Of a stretch of DNA of 64,000 bases, positions 13,010 through 26,868 are shown one piece after another. This DNA comes from Octopus sinensis (Eukaryota). Made by a program: the position numbers and the translations under genes. Location: contig NC_043001.1 of assembly GCF_006345805.1 (NCBI RefSeq), positions 30,752,001 to 30,816,000 of the forward strand. The letters are read 5' to 3'. The notes under the pieces were generated by a model that worked only from the letters and a program-made list of their open reading frames with translations, ran no database searches and had not been told where the DNA came from. The number at the start of each line of letters is the position of its first letter. The first letter of the stretch is position 1.

Positions 13010-13853
13010 GACACCACACTCTATCAACTCTGGTTGTATACCAAAGTTCAGTTTCATCCCTCACACTCTTCTCCCTATGCATCAATGACCTGCAAGTTCT
13101 TACCATCAACAGTCTTCAATCTTATGCAGATGATATCACTCTTCTTTCTTCTCTAACCTTCAGCATGCTAGTAGAATTCACATCAATCTAAATACCTCAA
13201 ACTAAACCTACATCCCCTGGTGGGGTTATTTCAGTTTTATTTTCTTAACAAAAATATACAATCACTACAAATATCAAAAACACCTTATCACACCTACTCC
13301 ACGAAACATGACCAACACTCAGTTAGAATATCTCAAGATTGCTATAAATGCTGCGACTCACCATCAGTGAGAAGCTCACCCGATAGAGGAAAGACTGCTT
13401 TCTTACTCAGGGTAAAAAAATACTTTCCCTACCCCCATCAGTTACTAATTTTGTAAAGAGCCCAATTGAGATCAATAATGGGGTATTGCTTCTATAAATA
13501 TAAGATGGTGCTACTATTACACACTGACTTTCTAGTTTACATTTAAAGTAAAGCTACTTGACAGTTTGGTATGAAGTTCCTGATTGATACAGTCTTTGAC
13601 TCACAGATATGCTGACTCCTCTTTGCTTTTTTGGCTGCAACTACAATGGCTGCTGTCCTAAAACCAGTCAGTTTTGTGCCATCTCTATTGACCAATCATA
13701 GTAAGACCACTCTGTTCTTCTTGGCTCTTCCTCAGGTCCCTCTGGGTCCAATACATCCAGTCTTTCCTCACTAGAATATTGGTCCTCTTGAATTAATTTT
13801 CTGCTGATGATTTTAAGCAGAGGGTTAATGGCATCAATTTCACTAGTCTTAGT
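13010..13853 (+). mobile_element. Degraded CR1-clade LINE (RT and C-terminus)
   Basis: Encodes YQSSVSSLTLFSLCINDL...SYADDITL (YADD motif) and FLLRVKKYF...QLLIL; many stops and frameshifts. Confidence 0.65.
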
Positions 13854-15623
13854 ATGGTAATTTATTGTATTAGTTTTGGATGGATGAATTGATTTTGCTT
13901 ATTGTAGTTGAACTTGAACTCTGATCTATAAGTTATTGAGAAATTCAGAACAATAAAATCTTGTCTTTTAACCTACATGGAGTCATCATCATTCTGGTTC
14001 TAAATCTAACACCTTATGAGATCAGCGAACCTTATCACTTGGTTAGCTTTCTAAGTATGACTCACTTATGTTGATTTGGTTAAGAATTTGGAAAATGAAG
14101 TTCATAGCACATGAGATAGTATACATTTGGCTACTGCTAGTCTTGATTGATTAATTGGTTGTTTCTGTAAGGGAATCCTTACAACATTGCTTTTGGTATG
14201 TCTTAGCTACTCAAGATATCCACATCTTGTCCTCTTTTTTATGGGAAAATGTGGTCCTACTATTGAGAGTTATCAAAGCTGTGTTTATACAATTGTGTAT
14301 AGGAGCAAACTATATATAGTTTACCTTGGTGCATATTTACTGCTTGATAAACTGATCATTGAAAGTTAAGCTTCTTTACTTTTGTGATATTGTGATGAGG
14401 TTAATTAATTAGCTTCACATTCTCATGGTTCTGAGTTTCATCTTGCTGTCTAGATATTTGGGATCAAATCCACAAGTGTCTTCTACCATAGCCTTTGCAG
14501 TGAGTAAAATTATGTAGCAGAAATCTGTTGGACAGATTGTGTCAGTTTTTGTGTGGTGGTCTTAATTTGTCACCCAGTTATCTGGCGTTTGGTTGCTTTC
14601 AGCAGGGTCTATTTTGTTGCAAGCATTTGGACAAGGTCTCTAGCCTGAGGATACCTCAATATTGTAAAGTGCTGCTTCTTATTGCAGCAACTTTTGAATC
14701 ATAGTTCCTATTACTCTTTCTATCATCAATTTCAGTGACCCTAAAAAAGGTTAAGTTCTTCTTCCTCTGATTAAAAATGAAAAACATAAGTACCTTCTTG
14801 ACCATGAAGACAGCAATCAAATAATGATTTCACTAACTGCAATTTAGAACATTTCATACTTTTAGAATCATAAGATTTCTTTAGCATCAGCTACAATTTG
14901 TGAAGAGAGAAATGTGATATATCATGAATGCAATATTTGAAAGAAGAGAATGCAAAGAGAAAATGTGGTTACCATTTAAGAATTGGGTATATAGTAATAT
15001 AGCAGAAAAGGAATGGTTGTAATAAATCACAATTGAGAATAATTTTTTTTTACAATGTAGCGGTAATTTTAGAATTTGAATAGGAGGGAAAAATAGATAT
15101 ATAACTAAATAAAAAAAATGAAAATGTTTTTTTTTTCAAAACTGAAATATTATGTTTAAAAATAGCTTAAATCATTTCCTATTGGTGAATATACTAACCT
15201 AAATATCCCCTGAAATATTCCTTTATTGCATATATTCACTGATGATCATACTTTCAATGCATCTACTGTATGTATGTCTTGTAATCTAAAATCCAGATGG
15301 AGATACTTAGTATCATAAAAATATCTGTAACAAAATATATTTCTGGAAGATCTGTTTACATAACAGGGTGCTGGAATACTACCCAGTTCAACTGTAAAGG
15401 AGGGGTGGTGACTATTTTTCAACTAGGTTGACCAAAGTAAGCAGAATAATATATCTTACCCCTAGAGATGCTAATGTGGTGGCAGCAGCCCTATTTTAAA
15501 TTGTGGTCCTGTCTCCTATAAAACAACATAGTTATAAGCTCATCTACATGCATGTGTGTGTGTGTTTGATGACTTGGTTTCATTTGATAATAGATTCTGG
15601 GAAACTAGCAATCCATTTATGTA

Positions 15624-17112
15624 TTAGGATGTTCAGAAAATAATTGCATTTTTTCACCACTATGAAATATGAATCAACCAATCATGCCATAGCCAAGGAC
15701 GAATGCATGGGAACTGTCTAGAAATAGTATATCATCTCTTCTATCTGGCAGTGTGTCATTCATAGTTATTTTGGTAATTAACCCCACGGAGGATAAGAAC
15801 TTTATGAAACAACATATTCACCATTGCTTACTGTATGAGATTCGAAAGAAAAGTACCACTACAGAATCAACGAAAAACATTTGTAAAGTGTATCTGGATG
15901 CAGTGAAAGCTTGTACATGTCAGCTGTGGTTTAAAAAATTTAAAGATGGTGATTGTGACATGTCCAACAAACCTTGCTCTGGAAGATGGCCCACTCCAAA
16001 TAACAACCTTTTGAATGAGACTGTTGTATCAGATCTACATCAAAGCACCTGAGATTTGGTGCAAAAATTTAATGTATTGTGTTCAACTATCCACGAACAT
16101 CTCAAGTAAATTGGGAAAACATGCAAAGAGGGAATTTGGGTTCCACATGAGCTTATGCTTGAGAACTGAACACAATGTTTTACCATCTGCAGCAGCCGTT
16201 CAAGAATTTGGACCTGGAGATCTCCATTTCCAGCGACTTCGAGGGCCACCTCCCAGTGGTGTCGGGCGTCAACGAAGAGCCCTCAACAACAGCAAGACGA
16301 TCAAAGTTTGATTTTTTTTTTCCAAGGTCTGGGGTCTCCCGCCCCTAAGCCCTAGGCCATCACCTAATCACCCTTACTCGTCTTGTTGCTTAACAACACC
16401 AACAACAACAACAACCATCTGCAGCAGTCTTCTAACCAGGAATAACAACCTGTCATTTCTGCAGTGCATTGTTACATATGATGAAAAATGGGTTTTGCAT
16501 CACAACAGAAGACGAAAAAGAGAATGGTTATCATGTAATGAAAGGCCAGCGCCGACACCAAAACCAAAACTCCATCCATGAAAATCCTTGCTCTGTGTTT
16601 GGTGGAATATAAAAGGTAAAAGAGAGAACACAAAAATATATATATATTGTTGTTGTTGTTGGTATCCTTTTTGTCTTGGGAGACAATGGAGTTGCGCATA
16701 AAATAATCTAGTCTGGCTTTTACATTTCATATCCTAATACATCTCCTGCTGTGGCTGTGTAGTCCTATCCTGGACAAACACTCCCTCTGGCAGGTGCCAC
16801 AAATGTAGTGAAGTATTTGCCTGGCTCGTGGTAATGTCATAGTTTCTTGTTGGCGTCTTTTCTTGTGTTTCCATTTCTCCTCTCTCCCTCTGTCACTCCT
16901 TTGTGTTCCCTCTTTTACGGTACATCGCTTTTACCTTTCATGTTCCACCAAACACAGAGCAAGGATTTTCATGGATGGAGTTTTGGTTTTGGTGTTGGCA
17001 CTGGCCTTTCATTACATGATAACTATTCTCTTTTTCATTTTCTGTTGTGATGCAAAACCCATTGTACACAAGACTGTATTACTTCATAGCTGATCCTCAG
17101 AAACAAACCTAA
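15624..17112 (+). mobile_element. Decayed mariner transposon, Hsmar1/cecropia-like, internally rearranged
   Basis: TA followed by the TIR-like ttaggatgttcagaaaataattgc. Peptide remnants include MKQHIHHCLLYE, WFKKFKDGD, GIWVPHEL and IVTYDEKWVLHHN...KLHP*KSLLCVWWNIKG, with stops. The right end (cctaa-TA near 17112) is less certain. Confidence 0.8.
16196..16413 (+). mobile_element. 5'-truncated retroposed insert with an (AAC)n tail and a 14-bp TSD
   Basis: ACCATCTGCAGCAG occurs at 16182-16195 and 16414-16427. Removing the insert restores the mariner frame FTICSSLLTRNN. Confidence 0.85.
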
Positions 17113-18873
17113 TATTAGGCATTCCAAGTATAATATGAAGTTCTTTCAGCAAAAATAATAAACTTCCAGCTTGATGTTCCCTGTGAAAGTAGTGACATGA
17201 CATTTAGTAAAGAAAGTTAATTTATGTTCCTTGACTCGTGTAGATGATGATATAGTCTTCATTTATTGCAGACTTGCAATATCAGTCCCATGTACTTAAA
17301 ACTGTGTAGAGTGTAAAATGTAATGTGCATGTCTTGTGCTACCTGCATTCAGATACTTCCAACATGCCCATCTCTCCTCCCATCACTGGTGTAGCACCTG
17401 ATCCCTTAGACTCTTCTGTAACCACTTTACCCAGTCCTTTCTTCTCAGAACATTAGTCCCCTGGAATCTTCACCCTGCTTATGTTTTTCCTGCATCAGTT
17501 TCACAGGTCTTGGATGGCTTGTAAAGGTCATAGGTATTACCTCTTTCTCTAGAACCAGCAAGTAAAAACTAAAAAAGTGTTTTTATACAGCAGTGTGACT
17601 GATTGAAAAGCTTGTCAATAAATACTGAAGTGAGTAAAAGGCAGTCTGCACTATCTTTTAACTCTTTTGTTACATACTTTTGTTTCAGTTGATTTTGAAA
17701 GTAAAGGATTCAGGAAAATAACTGTCATTATTAAGCTGGGTTTGAAACATAAATTAGCATGGAATCTTAATTGAAGGTTTTATTTAGATAATTTTAAAAT
17801 GGGAAGCTTGCATCATAGAACTACAGTCTGCTTCAGGCAGGTTGGTATCAAGAGTTAAAATAACATTATTGACTAATATAGGAAGTAGTTTTAAGAATAA
17901 TCTGTTGCTAAATCAGTCCATTACTGGTGGATAGCCAGGAGTCTTGCTGCAGTTGAAATAAAGATTTTACTGGTTCACTGTGAACTCTAGTCTTAACAGA
18001 AAACAATAATAAATACCTCATATGGAACTCACCAGCATGTTTTGCTAACACAAAAAAGTTTGGTTTCACAACAAGCAAAATAAAATTCAAATATTTTAGT
18101 TTGTTATACCTCCAGTCCTATTTTTTGCAAAGACTATTTGTGTGAATTCAAAGTTACTATTTCTAGAAGGGCAAACCACAATATAAAACCTCCCATTTTG
18201 ACTTCTATATATAATGATGTTAGTTATAGCAGAAATATTAGTTAATTTTCATTGTTTAAAACAGCAATAATTGCAACATATCTTGTGTGTTACACTAATA
18301 GTGTACCGTTGTTTGTGTTAAGTCTTCAGATGTAGTGGAGCAGAACTGATGGGGCAGCAATATAAATGTAATGGTGTTGGTGGTAGTAAAGATAACAGTG
18401 GTGGAAGTGGTGGTGGTGTTATTAACTTTCCAACAAAAATAACTGGTTTTGTGATAATTGAATTGCCGTGCTGATAGAAGTGAAAATATCATCTGTAGAG
18501 ATGATATCCAAGTAAATAATATCCAGGTAGGATAAAAACAAAAGAGGCAAAAAAAACAAAATAAAACAAAAGAACAGAGAGAGATGAGTGAATGGGTGAG
18601 AGGAGGGATAAGTGTGACAAGAAACGTGATAGAAGGGTGTATGGTGAATTCAAGTATATGTTAAGTATGTTTGTATAACTGTGTGTGAGCATGGAGGTGT
18701 TTATGTGTGTGGTGTGAGAGGTAACATGATAATGGGTGGTATTTGTTTGTGTGTATGTGTGGGTGTGTATGTGTGGGTGTGTATGCAAAACATCTTATAG
18801 TGCATGCATGTGTGTGTGTTTGAGTGGCAGGTGATGGCTAGTGAAGTAAATAAAGTGAATTATGCATGTGTTT

Positions 18874-18913
<40 letters not shown>

Positions 18914-19239
18914 GTTGAGTAAGACATGATGTTAATGGGTGGTGTGTGTGTGTGTGAGAAAAATTGAGGCATGTTAGTGTAGGATAGGTTATGGTATGTG
19001 AGTGTATGGATTGTGAATGTGGGTGGTGTGTGGTGTGTACATGTAAAAATGGTGTGAGTGAGTGTATGGGTGGAAAAGTTGTGTGTGTAAAAGTGTGTTT
19101 TAGTAGAAAGCAAGTCAGTTGTTAAGATATAAGTTGCTGTTTGGACATTTGCTGGACGTTCTACACAACAATATTTATGGGCCACCACTTCTATTTTCTG
19201 AGTCACTTCTACCTGCATCTGTCTGTCTTAAGGATTATT

Positions 19240-19585
19240 CAGTCGTTTTCAACCAGGGTCCATATGTCCCTTGAGTGTTCATATATAATTTTTGTGAGTC
19301 CATGCAACAAAATAGTAAACTGGGGATCCACAGTAGTATTTTAAGGGCCTCTGAAAATATTTTGCTTTAGATGTATGTATTGGTATTTATTGCAAGAAAC
19401 AGCTGGGTTTCTTTCTCTAACATTTTACATAGTTCAACCTACACTAGTTAATGTGTGAAAAGCAAAATAGGAATTTTGAATGAAGTTTCTATAAAACTAG
19501 TTTTTAAACATCAAATGGCAAGGGGGTCCACCGGAATAAAATAGTAATCAAAGGGATCCATCGATAAAAAAATGGACAATACCAT
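19240..19585. mobile_element. hAT-like MITE remnant
   Basis: Begins cagtcgttttcaacc, like the terminus of 53591. Right terminus is degraded. Confidence 0.45.
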
Positions 19586-20056
19586 GATACTCCTAGTCTT
19601 TCTTTGAAATTATCTCTCCTGCTTTTGAGAGATGCTGTTAGGTTTTTGTTTTCTTTCTCCAACTAAGAAGCAAATTTTAAGTTTCTTTAAGCATTAAACA
19701 TATGAGAGAATTATCTTCCTTCTGGTGAAGGCACCAATATATTGAGGGCAACTATTCCTAGGAAAAAAAAAATGCTGCTGTTGTTGTTTAACCCCCTAAC
19801 CCTGACCAAGCAGATTTATAATAAAAAGCATTGTAGCCACGAACATCTCGTCATTTTGTATGTAAGGGACTACATTGTGCAATGTGTTTTTTTTTAACAG
19901 ATAGTAGCTTGAGAGTGATTAAGTTGCTACCTTTAGCATATTGGGCGAACATATATAACTTCTTTATCAACTCAGGTTCAACAGGTTCATTATCTAAGTA
20001 GTTAGAAATAATTGTTTGTTTAGAGACCTTTAAAAAATGCCTGGAAATATATGGAA

Positions 20057-20523
20057 ACTAGTATTATAACCCGATTTCATTCAGGTCTACTCGGGCCACA
20101 TTTTAAAGATCAGGAATTTAAAAAAAAAACGAAAATTTTATTAAAAATTAAAAAGAAAATGAGAGCAAAAAGCACTCGTTTTTTCACAATGAAAAATCGT
20201 TTCCTAGTAGCTGGAATTTCACGACAAAATGTATGTTTATTAAGCAAAACAGCTTGCGGTGCATGGCGCTGGGCATTAAAAGCCAATTGCACAAACCTAG
20301 AGGAGCTCTGGGCCCCCATGAATCGATAAAAAATCACTCTTTTTGCTATAGCAACCACATCTTTATAGCTTGCGAATTTTAACCATTGCGGGTCTCATCC
20401 TCACCACACATTTAGTATCCCTGCCAATTTTCAGCTCAATCCTAGCCTCGGTTTGGCTGCCATTAACTGTCAAAGCAAAACGTGCATACAATTTTCGTCC
20501 AAGGACTGTTTTATAGATATAGA
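20057..20523 (+). mobile_element. Helitron/Helentron-like non-autonomous element
   Basis: Starts ACTAG...ACCCGA with a short internal inverted repeat (tcggg) and ends TTTTATAGATATAGA. This terminal pattern is recalled from HINE/DINE-type elements. Confidence 0.45.
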
Positions 20524-23206
20524 AGAATACATTCTTTACACATTTGACTTTAGCTTCCAAAACAAATTCAATCCAAATAATCTTCACTGCAAGATTCAGT
20601 ATATTTACTCAGATACTGTTTGGTATTATGCATAATTTAATCTCAGTTGCTTTTTATGTTGGCTGTATCACATTGTATTTCTTGTTTACAAGATGTTTGA
20701 GCTAAAATAAGGGGGTCATGTGATTGCATATACTGAGAAGTAGAATCACAATCATCCAGTTTCTATGTGTACTCATTAATCTAGGCTCCAATACTCATTT
20801 TCATCAAAGCAAGAATATGATATTATTGAAAGGATTGGGTTAGTATAACTAACAATTAGTGTGAACAGCTGAATATTTTTCAATTAGGATAAATAGAAGC
20901 ATTGTTTAGTGTCAGGGATTCACAGACCCTGAACTCTTAAACAGTCAGCTGTTTTCCAATAATATCAACTTCAAATCATATAGTATAAGTTTTTGCTACT
21001 GTGACGTTCCAGTTAAAAAGAAATGCTGTGTTAGGTGAATTTGCATATCTCAGTATTGTTTATCTGATTAACAAGCTACACTGCTTGTAATGTATTATTA
21101 ACCACAATGCTATTATAAACCAATAAGTCATTTTGAGCCAGATGTTTTACTAACACAACAGATTACATTTTAGTACAAACAAATTGCTAACTATGTTGCC
21201 ATTTGTATTTTTAATAAATGCTGGGAAAAATACATTCTATGAAAATTGATATCAGCCAATAACAAAACATTAGCTGAACACATTTGGTATCTTATTTATC
21301 TCCATCTTATGCTGTTTTCTCTCCTCCACTCACTCTCAAACCTTGAGTCGCTCATCCAAATAGCTTCAGATTTCTTAATGTGTAATATTAGCTTAATGTC
21401 ATATCTTACCCTTCTCTTAATTACTGATACAGTTTTGTTTATAGTTCAGCACATTATTACATTTAGATAGTTATTTCTGTCTAGATATATTTTCTTTTCT
21501 TTACTGGAATCCTCTTTTACTCCTACAAACACATAAGCATTTTATTTTTGCTTCGAAATCAGTTTAAAGACATTATCTTTTTTACATAGGCGCAGGAGTG
21601 GCTGTGTGGTAAGTAGCTTGCTAACCAACCACATGGTTCCGGGTTCAGTTCCACTGCGTGGCATCTTGGGCAAGTGTCTTCTGCTATAGCCCCGGGCCGA
21701 CCAATGCCTTGTGAGTGGATTTGGTAGACGGAAACTGAAAGAAGCCTGTCGTATATATGTGTATATATATATGTAAGTGTGTGTGTATATGTTTGTGTGT
21801 CTGTGTTTGTCCCCCTAGCATTGCTTGACAACCGATGCTGGTGTGTTTACGTCCCCGTCACTTAGCGGTTCAGCAAAAGAGACCGATAGAATAAGTACTG
21901 GGCTTACAAAGAATAAGTCCCGGGGTCGATTTGCTCGACTAAAGGCGGTGCTCCAGCATGGCCACAGTCAAATGACTGAAACAAGTAAAAGAGTAAAGAG
22001 AGAGAGTCTCTTATTTATTACTGGCTGCATGGACCAAAAATTTTGTTTCAAATATATTTGGTTGATGTGACTTCATTTTATTTGTTTTTAGCTTGTGTTT
22101 TTTTTTTTTATGGTATTTTGTTTTTAGTCAGAAGAGGTGGGGGAATATTCCAGACCTTTGTTGGGTGAGATTGATACTCTTGATGCCCAATATAAACATC
22201 TGCAAGTGAACATTTGCAGGAAAAATGTAGGTGGAGAGGGAACCAAGTTGAAAGTCTGGTCTGAATGCTTGTAACACAGTGAACTCAAAGATAATCAAGT
22301 ATTAGACTGGTGTGAATGTGTTTGTGTATTCTTCTGATGTTGGATTGGATTAGATGCTTATGTAAATACAGATATTGGTTAAAAATATGTGAATGGTGGT
22401 TGTTTCCTTATAAAATACAACCTACTTTCCAAAAAATGTGACAAAATATGCTGCAAACTAAAGTTGATCTACAAATAGAGGGAACAAATCCTTTGACGAT
22501 TTCTATGTTTAATTAAGATTTTCCTTTCTGTTACTTGAAGAAAAAATACATAAAGTGAAAAAATTGGATTAGCAAAGACATTATTCATCACTGTCATCAT
22601 CATCATCACTGCCACTGCCACCACCACCTCTACTTTTCCATGTTTACATGCACTGTGCCTGACGAAATTCATTGAGGTTGATATCTATGGCTGGATGCCC
22701 TTCTTGTTGCCAACCCTCACCTGTTTCCAAGTAAACTAATATTTCTCCTGGACTTTCAGATAACAAACAGCCCAAACCAGACATTTTCTTTGAACATTGC
22801 AAATGAATAAGACTTGACAACCGATGTTGGTGTGTTTACATCCCCATAACTTAGTGGTTCAGCAATGGAGGTCGGTAGAATAAGTACTAGGCTTACAAAG
22901 AATAAGTCCTGGGATTGATTTGTTTGATTAATAACGGTACTCCTGCATGGCTGCAGTTAAATGACTAAAACAAATAAAAGAATATATATATATATATATG
23001 CCAGCTCTGTCTGGCACCTGTGCGGGTGGCACGTAAAAAGCACCCACTACATTCACGGAGTGGTTGGCGTTAGGAAGGGCATCCAGCCGTAGAAACACTG
23101 CCAGATCTGACTAGGCCTGATGAAGCCTTCCAGCTTCACAGACCCCAGTTGAACCGTCCAACCCATGCTAGCATGGAAAACGGACGCTAAACGATGATGA
23201 TGATGA

Positions 23207-23248
<42 letters not shown>

Positions 23249-23276
23249 TGTATACACACACACACATATATACATA

Positions 23277-23504
23277 CAGGGTTGGCCAAAAGTCACCTGA
23301 CAGTAAATCAAAACCATTTAATTCCAAGATTTATTTATGTTTAACAACTGAACGAATTTAATAAAAGCATCTAAATATGAAACATTATGAAAATTGTTCA
23401 AACTGAAGTCCTTGAGTGACACATTTTTCCATTCGAGTCAATACAGAGTTACAGATATCATTTATGGAATTTTGATTTACTGTTGGGTGACCTCTGGCTA
23501 ACCC

Positions 23505-23506
<2 letters not shown>
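23277..23506. mobile_element. Tc1/mariner-type MITE (230 bp)
   Basis: About 37-bp imperfect TIRs (cagggttggccaaaagtcacctgacagtaaatcaaaa and ttttgatttactgttgggtgacctctggctaaccctg). TA on the left; inserted in a TA/CA microsatellite. Confidence 0.75.
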
Positions 23507-23546
<40 letters not shown>

Positions 23547-25230
23547 GTTGAAATTTACAGAAAAACAAAAGACGAAGACAGGTATATGAACAACAAGCAG
23601 GTGTATTAGGACACTTGGGAATGTGAAAAATGTGAAAAAAGAAGACAGAGTGACAAAAGCAATATTAACACCAAAATATTATCTTGAAAAGGTAACACAG
23701 TATTCTGTTTTCTAACACAACCTCCATGTTAAGTTGGAGATCAAGATTATCTTTTGGTATTTATACTGCTTCTGTTGCTATTAATTATTTTTTAATACTC
23801 CACTTTCTATTTGTGATACCAGTGTGTCAATACATCTGAGATTCCATACATCTTTGACAAGAGATTTAGCTATTATTTTGCTGGTGGATATCTGTGACTG
23901 ACGAACCCATAGCAGGGTGAAATCCCGTGATCTGGCAATTCTGAAGGCATAAATAACTACTTCAAAAAAGTCCCATCCAACCCATGTCATCATCGAAAAA
24001 GTAGATGCAACATCATGAAAATGATAATGGTTATGTTTGGAAAATTCTGATAGGGAAAGTCTTTTAATAATCAATCTATACTCATCATCATCATCATCGT
24101 TTAACGTCCGTTTTCCATGCTAGCATGGGTTGGACGGTTCGACTGGGGTATGGGGAGCCAGGAGGCTGCACCAGGCTCCAGTCTGATCTGGCAGTGTTTC
24201 AACAGCTGGATGCCCTTCCTAATGCCAACCACTCCGTGAGTGTAGTGGGTGCTTTTTACATGCCACCGGCACAGGTGCCAGGCGAGGCTGGCAACGGCCA
24301 CAATCAGTTGGTGCTTTTTACGTGCCAATAATAGACTAAGCTGGCACATTTTTTTATCATTCTTATTTCCCATTTTCATTCTGGCCTTTGATTCCTTTGA
24401 AGTAAGTCTGCCACATAGGACTCTGTTGATTACTTACTCTGCTGAAAATAATAGTCAAAGATATCCTACTTTCTTGAAAAACAAGATGACATATTGAATG
24501 ATATAGTTCTGACCACTTCTAAAAATATGAGATGGTCAAATCTGCAAAATGTTTGATTAAAGCAATTTGTGAACAGGGCTGATCTGGGGGCTAAACACCT
24601 ACAGGACTTCCTCTTTTTTGTCTGGAATTCTCTTATTCAGCCTAGTTTTGTTGGTTCTGTTATTCTCTGATGCTTTGCACATACACAGGTACATGTATAC
24701 CTTTAACATTGTGAATTAAAACACTGCATGAAATAAATGTTTATGAATTCAATACTAACCTAAGAAGCCACATGTACACATATAAGATTATATAAGGCAC
24801 TTTTTATTTTAATTTAACGGCTTGTACAGACAAGGAATAGCAGTGTCTATGATACTTCACTTTTCAAGATCTGAGATTAGTGAGAAGGAATAGCGATAGT
24901 TATACTCAGACCAAGGCCTGGCTTGAATACTTTCTACTGAGTGGACTCAGCTAAAGACACACCTGGATCAAATGGGAAGGGAAACTAAGTGACACTTAAT
25001 GTTACCATTCAGTAACAAAAATAAACCATCAGTCCACTGGGCTTCCACATAGTTTCCAGCTACTAAATTTTACTCACAGGGCTTTGGTTGATCCAAGATT
25101 ATGATAGAAGAAACTTGCCCAAGGTACCACACAATAGGATCTAACCTGAAATTACATATTTTCAAAATGAACTCCATAACCACACTGCCATTCTTGTGAA
25201 TGAAGACTAACTTATTCAAAATCTGGCAGC

Positions 25231-25617
25231 TGACTTGGCAGACACCCATAAAATTATTAACCATCTTACTAACAATAACTCTGAGCACCTTTTCAAACTC
25301 CACCTGTCTAACACCCGTGGAGAAGTTTTCAAAGTCAGAAAACAGCACAGCTCCCATTACTTTCGGAAACATTTTTTCACACTAAGAGTTGCTGAAGCAT
25401 GGAACAAACTGCTGGCATCAGTTGTTAGTTGTCGGAGTACTGCATTCTTCAAAACTTCCATGCTTCCTGAGATTCGCCAGCACTACACCTGATTTTCTCC
25501 CCTCCATACACACGCAAGCATGTATCTGACTCATACACTGTTCACTTTCCAGACATTTGTACATTACTGCATATGCTTTATACACACTTTTGACAAGTTG
25601 TGGTGCACCTGAGCACT
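25231..25617 (+). mobile_element. CR1 LINE 3' end
   Basis: Encodes NTRGEVFKVRKQHSSHYFRKHFFTLRVAEAWNKL...FKTSMLPEIRQHYT*, followed by a 3' UTR ending ggtgcacctgagcact. Confidence 0.8.
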
Positions 25618-26827
25618 CTTTTACTCTTTTATTCTTTTACTTGTTTCAGTCATTTGACTGTGGCCATGCTGGAGCACCACCTTTAGTCGAGCAAATCGAC
25701 CCTGGCACTTATTCTTTGTAAGCCCAGTACTTATGCTATCGGTCTCTTTTGCCGAACCGCTAAGTGATGGGGACGTAAACACACCAGCATCTGTTGTCAG
25801 GGGTGAACACACCAGCATCTGTTTGTCCCCCTAGCAATGCTAGGGGGACAAACACAGACACACAAACACACACACACACATACATATACATATATATATA
25901 CATATATACGACAGGCTTCTTTCAATTTCTGTCTACCAAATCCACTCACAAGGCATTAGCAGAAGACACTTGCTCAAGATGCCACGCAATGGGACTGAAC
26001 CCGGAACCATGTGGTTGGTTTGCAAGCTACTTACCACACAGCCACTCCTGCGCCTATACAATAATTTCATTATTATTATATTATAATTATTATTTAAAGC
26101 ACAACAAAACATAAAATATCCAAGCTTTTTTTCGCATTTGTTCCAACAACAGTTCATACAGATATCTAAATTTACAGACTAATCAAGATATTCTATGCTA
26201 AGATGGAAGAAATAGATGTAAAAAAAACACTCAAAATAAATACATAAACAAAAGCTAAAATGATACCCCGCTGAGAAGGAGATGGACTGATGGGCTGTCA
26301 GTCTGTGCAGTAACATAAGTAGAGGAGAAACTGAGTGGGGCTTCATTTTGAAATGGTATAGGGTTCTAAATATGTCACTTAATAGACTTTGTATAGTGCC
26401 ATGAAAGCTTTGTATACTACCATGAACCCCATCAACATTTTACTACATTCCTCATATTAATTACAGCAGCTACTATTCTATGACATTAAAGAAACATCTA
26501 TGATTAGTGACATGGTTTGTCTTTGGTTTAGAAATAACTTGTATTTTTCTTTCAATTGTTGTGGTTGATGTTTTGCCCCCAAGTCAGCCCCATTTGCTTT
26601 ATTATTTTGTTCTTTTACTTCTTTCAGTCATTGAACGGCAGCCATGCTGGGGCATTGCCTTGAAAGGTTTTAGTCAGTCAAATCAAGCCCAGTACTTATT
26701 TATTTTAAGACTAATACTTATTCTTATTGGTCTTATTTTGCTGAACCACTAAGTTACAGAGACACAAACAAACCAACACTGGTTGTCAAGTCGTGAGAGA
26801 TTCAAAATAAATACATAAGAGACACAT

Positions 26828-26868
<41 letters not shown>

